Below are positions 57,149 to 62,613 of a stretch of DNA of 62,613 bases, in pieces (positions within the stretch are counted from its first letter, which is position 1; each line of letters opens with the position of its first letter). The notes under the pieces are model-generated. The model had not been told where the DNA came from, made no database searches, and was given only the letters and a program-made list of their open reading frames with translations. The DNA is from Verrucomicrobiota bacterium (GTDB lineage: Bacteria > Verrucomicrobiota > Verrucomicrobiia > Limisphaerales > CANJSG01), in the NCBI GenBank assembly GCA_038209745.1, contig JBBQXJ010000017.1, forward strand, positions 1-62,613, read 5' to 3'. Made by a program: the position numbers and the translations under genes.

Positions 57149-59980
57149 TCAGGGCAGCACGGCGCGGAAATATCGCTCCGGCTGGCCGGCGCTCCCGGGA
57201 TCGACCACCGTCTGGAGGCTGCCCTGCATGAGAACATTGGAAAATGTCTGCCACGGGGTCGCCGACTGGAGGTCCATCTTCGACTCGAGGGTCAACGGCT
57301 TGCCAGCCGGACCGGCGATCTGGAGCTGGAGAGCATCTCCGCTCCTGGTGCCGGAGAAGACGGCGACGGCTGCGTTGGTGGAGGTGAGGCTGCCACCGGA
57401 ACTGCTGACGACGACGCGATAGCTGGCGCCGCTGGTGAAGGTGATCGGGCCCAACAAAAGATTGGACGCGGTGGCCCCCGGGATTTCGACGCCGTTCCTC
57501 TGCCATTGAAACAACACCGGACCGGAAGCCGTCGCGGAGACGGAAAGGATCAGGGACTGGCCCGGGGCGGTGATCGCGGAAAGGGGATGGGCAACAATGG
57601 TGGGAGCGGGAGGCGGCGCGATGAACTGGAAGAGTGTCCCGAGGTTCGCCTCTCCCCCGGCGAAGGTGGTGCCGAAAACGCTGTCCCCGCCCACGGCCAG
57701 TCCCGCGACGGGAAGCCGGCCTTCACCGGGCACGCCGAAGTGGTAGAGCGAGGTGAAGCCGGAGCCATCCTTCGCCAATCGATAGAGCGTTCCGACACTG
57801 AAAGACCCGCCTGCCGACATGGCGCCGTAGAGCAGCCCGTCCGCTCCTTCGACCAGGCGTCCCACGGGCTGATAGCCCTGAGTGGCCGCATTGGTGATCG
57901 AAAGGAGGACTGTGTAGCCGGAGTTGGAGGGATCGTAGCGGAAGACCGTTCCGAAACCGCTGGCGCCGCCGACGCGGGTCACTCCGTAGAGCCGGCCGTC
58001 GGAGGCTTTGAGCAGCCCGCCGGAAGGATCGAGCCCGTCGGTGGCGGTGGCACCGAAATGGTGGAGGACCTGATAGCCTTCGCCGAACATGCCGACGCGG
58101 AAGATCACGCCCCAGTCGCTTGATCCTCCATACGGAGCAACTCCGTAGAGGAACCCTTGGGATTCGGCGACACCGTTCCGCGGGCCGGCGCCATCCGTGG
58201 CATTGCTGACGAAGTCATGGATCGGCAGGAACTCGTTCCCGTCCCGGGTCAGGCGGAACACCATGCCGGTCGAGCTTCCGCCCCCGAGCCGGGTCGTGCC
58301 GTAGAGCGCGCCGTCGCTGCCCAGCAGCAGCGACCCCGAGGACTGGCGGCCGTCGCCCGGCAAGGAGGTGAAGCTTCGCAGGATCTGGAAGCCCGTTCCG
58401 TTGGTGCCTATGCGGTAGACGCCACCAAAGTTGTTGGCCCCGCCGAAGAGGGCTGTTCCGTAGAGAGAGCCGTCGAGTCCGTCGATCAGGGGGCCGGCTG
58501 GGTTCAGAAGATTGGTCGCACCGGGACCGAAGTTGCGGAGCACGGTGTAGTTCGTTCCTGTTCGGTGGATGCGATACACGGTGCCGCCACCATCGCTCCC
58601 ACCGTCCCGCGTGACTCCGAAGAGGTCGCCGCCCGGCTGCGCCAACACGGTTTGGTCGAGGGTAAAGCCGTCGCCGCCGGCGGAGCTGAATCCGAACAAG
58701 GTGGCCGAGTTGTCGCCGTCCCGGTTGAGCCGGACCAAGGCGCCGTCTCCGGACAAGCCACCGCGAACGGTGACTCCAAAGAGGGCATTGGTGATCTCGA
58801 TGAGGCCGGCCCGCGGTTCGATTCCGTCGCCGGAAAACGCCCCGAAGTGTTTGACGACCGAGTAGTCTCCGGTGGTTCGGTTCAATTTGAAGACGGTTCC
58901 GCTATTGCCGTTCGTGCCCCCTTCGGGTGTGACGCCGTAGAGGAGGCCGTCCGAGGCTTCGAGCAGCTCCGAGCCCGGATACTTGGCGTCGTCGAACAGG
59001 GCGAAGTGCCGGATGATCGAGAATCCGCCGCCGGTTCGGCCGAGGCGAAAAACGGTTCCGACGTCATTGGTTCCGCCATAGCGACTGACCCCGTAGAGGA
59101 GTCCATCGGTCTTGCTGACGATCACGCCGCCCTCGATCAATTCTGGGCTCCCGGGGTTGAACGACGGGGACAAAAGGACTTTGAAGACGCTTCCGTTGGT
59201 GTTGATCCGGTAGACGGTCCCGACTTCGTTGCTCCCCCCGGAGTAGGTCGTGCCATAGAGGAATCCTTCCAGATTCGGTCCCTCGACGAGCGCCGAGTTC
59301 GGGGTGTCGCCGTCGTTTTCTCCCCCGTGAAAGTGGCGGATGACGGAGAAGTTGGATCCGTCGCGAGAGAGCCGGAACACGGTTCCAAGTCCGAAACTTC
59401 CGCCTTGGGTTGTGGTGCCATAAAGAAACCCGTTGAACGACTCGACCAGCCCGGCTTTCGGATAGGTGCCGTCGCCGAACGAGGTTCCGAAGCTCTTCAA
59501 AAGAGTGTAGTCCAGGCCATCCTTTGAAACTTTGTAGAGGGTTCCAAGGCCGCGGGCGCCTCCCGAAAAAGTGGTGCCGTAGAGGAACCCGTCTTTGCCC
59601 TCGATCAATCCCGCGTAGGGTGTGGCTCCGCTGTTGGTGAAGGACAGCTGCTTGAGGATCGACAGATCCTTCCCGTCGCGGCCGATCCGGAAGATCGTGC
59701 CGAATCCGTTGCTTCCGCCAAACGGCGTCGTCCCATAGAGAAACCCGTCAGATCCCGATAGTAGACGCCCTTGGGGCTGTGCTCCGGAGAACGCGGTCAC
59801 TCCGAACGACCGGAGTTGAATGAGGGTGGTCTGGGCATGCAGGGAGAAAAGCGGAAACAGGCAAACCAGCAGGCATACCCCTTTCTTTACAAAGCCCTTC
59901 ACGACACTCGGCAGGCCCGAAAACGACGCGGACGGTGGAAACATCCCCATCAGAGTTTCGGAATTTTCCGTAGCTGTCAA
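57149..59980 (-). CDS. GloVer tandem-repeat (choice-of-anchor) secreted protein with an Ig-like domain and a C-terminal RYFR domain
   Basis: 14 repeats of G..P...L....DG.LYG.T..GG....G.VF; Ig-like PLS...LSVSA...FQWQRNG...YRVVVS; true start probably downstream of 59980. Confidence 0.88.
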   Translation of the reverse strand: MTATENSETLMGMFPPSASFSGLPSVVKGFVKKGVCLLVCLFPLFSLHAQTTLIQLRSFGVTAFSGAQPQGRLLSGSDGFLYGTTPFGGSNGFGTIFRIGRDGKDLSILKQLSFTNSGATPYAGLIEGKDGFLYGTTFSGGARGLGTLYKVSKDGLDYTLLKSFGTSFGDGTYPKAGLVESFNGFLYGTTTQGGSFGLGTVFRLSRDGSNFSVIRHFHGGENDGDTPNSALVEGPNLEGFLYGTTYSGGSNEVGTVYRINTNGSVFKVLLSPSFNPGSPELIEGGVIVSKTDGLLYGVSRYGGTNDVGTVFRLGRTGGGFSIIRHFALFDDAKYPGSELLEASDGLLYGVTPEGGTNGNSGTVFKLNRTTGDYSVVKHFGAFSGDGIEPRAGLIEITNALFGVTVRGGLSGDGALVRLNRDGDNSATLFGFSSAGGDGFTLDQTVLAQPGGDLFGVTRDGGSDGGGTVYRIHRTGTNYTVLRNFGPGATNLLNPAGPLIDGLDGSLYGTALFGGANNFGGVYRIGTNGTGFQILRSFTSLPGDGRQSSGSLLLGSDGALYGTTRLGGGSSTGMVFRLTRDGNEFLPIHDFVSNATDGAGPRNGVAESQGFLYGVAPYGGSSDWGVIFRVGMFGEGYQVLHHFGATATDGLDPSGGLLKASDGRLYGVTRVGGASGFGTVFRYDPSNSGYTVLLSITNAATQGYQPVGRLVEGADGLLYGAMSAGGSFSVGTLYRLAKDGSGFTSLYHFGVPGEGRLPVAGLAVGGDSVFGTTFAGGEANLGTLFQFIAPPPAPTIVAHPLSAITAPGQSLILSVSATASGPVLFQWQRNGVEIPGATASNLLLGPITFTSGASYRVVVSSSGGSLTSTNAAVAVFSGTRSGDALQLQIAGPAGKPLTLESKMDLQSATPWQTFSNVLMQGSLQTVVDPGSAGQPERYFRAVLP

Positions 59981-60240
59981 ATGAGGTGATCCAACCTGGT
60001 TTCGCCAGCCCCAGTGGCCGCATCAAGGCAAAAAACCGGGCCAGACAGGCTGGGGAAGCTTGAAAGGCCCGGGGAGCTTCGAGTTCAATGAGGGATTACG
60101 AGGAGATTCCGGTTTTCGTTTGAACGACCGATCACCGGAAATCAGGTTGGGCCAAAAAGATCATTTTTACAGTGGCCCGAAATTCGTAGTGCGTGATCCG
60201 GGTTATAGATGTGCCATGCAAGGACCACCCCGTCAATCCA

Positions 60241-60264
60241 CCTTTGTGAAAGATTTCACAAAGG
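60241..60264. promoter_or_regulatory. Perfect palindromic operator (Rex- or CRP/FNR-type)
   Basis: CCTTTGTGAAA-GA-TTTCACAAAGG; contains TTGTGAA-N4-TTCACAA and TGTGA-N6-TCACA. Confidence 0.65.
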
Positions 60265-60392
60265 ACGATAACCGACTGATCTCCAGATGAATTCCGTTCG
60301 ATGAAAGTCTTGGTCTCCTAGGCACCCGATGGCTGGACCCAGGGCGAAACCCCCGGCTTGTCACCAGCCCGGCACTCCCTCATGGTCCCGGC

Positions 60393-60797
60393 ATGGCTGA
60401 AATCGCGAAGTTCGTCCACCACGGGGCTGCTCAGGTGACACCGAAGATTCTTAAGGGGATTCATCGCAAGCTGCCCATGCTCAAGCTGGAGTTTGCCCAG
60501 ATCAACGCCCCCAAGTTTCCACACCTTGTTGAACAACTGGAGTTCTTGGCCGATGTCGTCGAGGATTTCGCGGAAGGGGCCGGCGAAGATCTCCCCTACA
60601 ACGCCGTGGCCGGGGCCGCCTTTGCCTTGGTCTACGCCCACCGGCAGATGGACCTCATCCCGAACACGATTCCTGAATTCGGCCATGCGGACGACTCCGC
60701 CGTGGTTCGCGCCGTGTTGATGGACCACGAAAAGTCGCTTGGTGCCCACGCCTCCCGCATCGGCATCAGCTGGTCCAAGATCACGGTCCGTGCGTGA
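60393..60797 (+). CDS. DUF1232 (YkvA)-like protein
   Basis: AAFALVY...DLIPNTIPEFGHADD.AVV. Confidence 0.8.
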   Translation: MAEIAKFVHHGAAQVTPKILKGIHRKLPMLKLEFAQINAPKFPHLVEQLEFLADVVEDFAEGAGEDLPYNAVAGAAFALVYAHRQMDLIPNTIPEFGHADDSAVVRAVLMDHEKSLGAHASRIGISWSKITVRA

Positions 60798-60860
60798 CCG
60801 TTGCTGGAGGAAGAATTTGGCCTGTCGTTCCTTCGGGTCGGAGGTGGCCCCATAAATAGC

Positions 60861-61020
60861 GGGTCGGCGAAACCTTCGTTTTTCAGCGCGTTCTCCCTGA
60901 TCGAGCTGTTGGTGGTCATCGCCATCATCGGCATCCTTGCCAGCATGTTGTTGCCGACTCTGGGGGAAGGCGAAGGAACAGGGGAAGTTGATCAAATGCA
61001 TCAGCTTCGCTACAAATTAA
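60861..61020 (+). pseudogene. Truncated prepilin-type N-terminal cleavage/methylation gene
   Basis: AFSLIELLVVIAIIGILASMLLPTL; removing one G from the G5 run at 60962-60966 gives GKAKEQGKLIKCIS, then a stop at 61018-61020. Confidence 0.75.
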
Positions 61021-61095
61021 GTGCTTATTGACAGGGGTTTATGACTTATTTTTTGGCGATTGTGCCCCGGTTGTGCCTTTCATGGAGGTGAAAGC

Positions 61096-61710
61096 GTGAG
61101 TGGCTTGCGAAATCCGGAGGTGAAACTTCCGCTCCGGGCCCTCATGGGGCAGTTCGGTTTCGAGGTGCCGGCGGCGTCGGTGGCGGGGTCGGGGAAGTCG
61201 TTCGCCTGCCCGTTCTGCGGGAACAAATCCGCGAGCTTCAAGGAGAAGAACGGACGGGAGCTTTTCAAGTGCTTCCATGCGGGCTGTTCTTCGGGAACCC
61301 AACAGACTCCGGGCGCGTGGGACTCGACCGGGTTCATCGTCTGGCATGAAAAACTTTCAGGGACGGAGGCCCGCAAGGATGGCTGGATGCGGCACATAAA
61401 AATGGCGGGGCTGTGGGAGGAGAAGCAGCAGGTGACGTCGTTCCCGGGGGCGAACGGCCGCAAGCTGGCGCCGCCGGCGCCTCCAAAGGACATCGACCTG
61501 CATCCGGAGGCCTCGGAAGAGGAGCAGGCGGCGGCGAACCTGGCCGCGATCTCCCCTGCCCGGGCGGAGTTGCCGCTATCGGAACTCTGGGGCTACTCCA
61601 ACTCCATCCGGAGCCTGAGCCGGGGACGCGCCAGCTACAGCATGACGCCCTCGCACTTCGAACGCGTCCCCGACGCGCTCGCGGCCAAGGTCGTCAGCAC
61701 CGCCGCGTGA
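61096..61710 (+). CDS. Chimeric ORF: primase-like zinc-finger N-terminus fused to an EF-G domain V C-terminal fragment
   Basis: CPFC...FKCFHAGC; last ~50 aa AELPLSELWGYSNSIRSLSRGRASYSMTPSHFERVP; GGAGGTG before GTG 61096. Confidence 0.65.
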   Translation: MSGLRNPEVKLPLRALMGQFGFEVPAASVAGSGKSFACPFCGNKSASFKEKNGRELFKCFHAGCSSGTQQTPGAWDSTGFIVWHEKLSGTEARKDGWMRHIKMAGLWEEKQQVTSFPGANGRKLAPPAPPKDIDLHPEASEEEQAAANLAAISPARAELPLSELWGYSNSIRSLSRGRASYSMTPSHFERVPDALAAKVVSTAA

Positions 61711-61723
61711 GGGCGACCCGCAC

Positions 61724-61751
61724 GCGGAGCCCGTCTCACGGCGGGCTCCGC
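61724..61751. terminator. GC-rich hairpin after the EF-G tail
   Basis: GCGGAGCCCGTC-TCAC-GGCGGGCTCCGC. Confidence 0.5.
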
Positions 61752-61859
61752 TCAGATGCCGGGATTCTAGAGGCAAACGATGGGGCCGACGGGTGGTGTT
61801 CGGGTTGTTCTGGAGCTTCTCCTCCGATCGGGAATCCGGATCGGAATCGGAGAGCCGAA

Positions 61860-62075
61860 TCAGGCGCCGGATTCCTCGATCGAGACGATCGATGCGACTT
61901 CGAGATATTTGACGCCGTCGCCGCCGTCCGTGAAGACGCCGAGTAGACGCCCGTTGGGAGACAGAAAAGCAAAATCCGGAGCAGGCACCGAAAGTGGCGG
62001 ACCCTCGGTGGATCGCACCCGAAACGCCCGAAATGGCTTGGTCGCAAGTGCGGCGGCGATGGCTTTCTTGGTCAT
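61860..62075 (-). CDS. Small hypothetical protein of a PVC-type family
   Basis: MTKKAIAAALATKPFRAFRVRSTEG...VPAPDF..LSPNGR...IVSIE pattern. Confidence 0.65.
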   Translation of the reverse strand: MTKKAIAAALATKPFRAFRVRSTEGPPLSVPAPDFAFLSPNGRLLGVFTDGGDGVKYLEVASIVSIEESGA

Positions 62076-62258
62076 CTCGATGGAGTTGGTTATGGTTCGG
62101 TTTTGGGCCTCCCTCAACCTCATGGGGGGCGTCTCGCGTTCATCCTCGTCCCAACCACGCTCAACCACGCTCAAACATATCCTCGGAGCCGTCCAGCGAA
62201 GCGAAGAAGGCATTTGGGGAAGAGGGTTAGGAACGAAGCACCCAAGACCGAAACTGAG

Positions 62259-62613
62259 CCGGGCTCATGCAGAGGAAGAGGTAGTGGCCAAAAGGGGCAT
62301 CGTCTGGCGTTGTGGGAGATGTGAAACTTGCGACAACTGAAGCCGTCGCGGAGATGGCGAACCAAACGATGCGGCTGGAATTGGGTACCAAGGACGGGTT
62401 GAAGCCGATGCGGATCGGCTTCAACGACCAGCGCCTGACGGCGCACGGCGGGTTGGCGGTGTGGACGCGGTTCATCACCGAACAGGGTCTCCGGGCCGAG
62501 TTGCGCCGCGTGCTGCCCCATGCGCCCACCGGCCCCAATGCCTATGATCCGTGCGACACGGCCCTCGGTTTCATCGGGGGCATCCTGTGCGGCGCGGACA
62601 AGCTCTCGCGGGT
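62259..62613 (+). mobile_element. IS1380-family insertion sequence, left end and 5' part of the transposase (ATG 62354), truncated by the window edge
   Basis: MANQTMRL...FNDQRLTAHGGLAVW...NAYDPCD...GILCGADKL matches the DDE_Tnp_1_4 N-terminus; candidate left end CCGGGCTCATGCAG. Confidence 0.8.

Noticed and set aside
57610..59830. Periodic DNA similarity considered as an array or DGR template/variable repeats
   Set aside because: Fully explained by in-frame protein repeats; no reverse transcriptase and no adenine-specific mismatch pair seen.

Overview
A GC-rich bacterial chromosomal segment, most likely Verrucomicrobiota (Pedosphaerales/Limisphaerales-like). This placement is inferred from a PEP-CTERM protein, a GloVer-repeat protein, a prepilin-type N-terminal motif, a sulfatase and a PQQ-like propeller. 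Both window ends run into insertion sequences: an ISL3-like transposase start on the left and an IS1380-like start on the right, so the window is probably a whole contig. Housekeeping genes include rho, trpF, tyrA, aroA, ptsH, ldhA, amtB, msbA-like, lnt, lptF-like, alkA-like, trxA, mog and moaC. There is also a surface-glycan locus (3 glycosyltransferases, 3 FkbM-type and 1 class I methyltransferases, an MBOAT, 2 paralogous SGNH-like proteins), two ECF sigma/anti-sigma modules and a sugar-binding-domain two-component system. The most notable observations are: (1) two unrelated large secreted proteins share a C-terminal ~65-aa domain ending in R(F/Y)(Y/F)R, a candidate sorting signal; (2) a shared TGTAAG-N12-TGCAC(A/G)AC motif precedes both a DUF1223 gene and the converging ZAS/ECF pair; (3) a decayed attC site and gene-cassette pair sits in a low-GC island with no integrase; (4) several collapsed or chimeric gene scars (P-type ATPase ends fused into 35 aa, a zinc finger fused to an EF-G tail, an orphan PEP-CTERM tail); (5) a stand-alone tandem AP2-domain gene lies between TPR and Rieske genes; (6) a compositionally distinct patch lies inside aroA. 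No tRNA, rRNA or CRISPR array was recognised. All assignments come from motif recognition by eye; no database searches were run.
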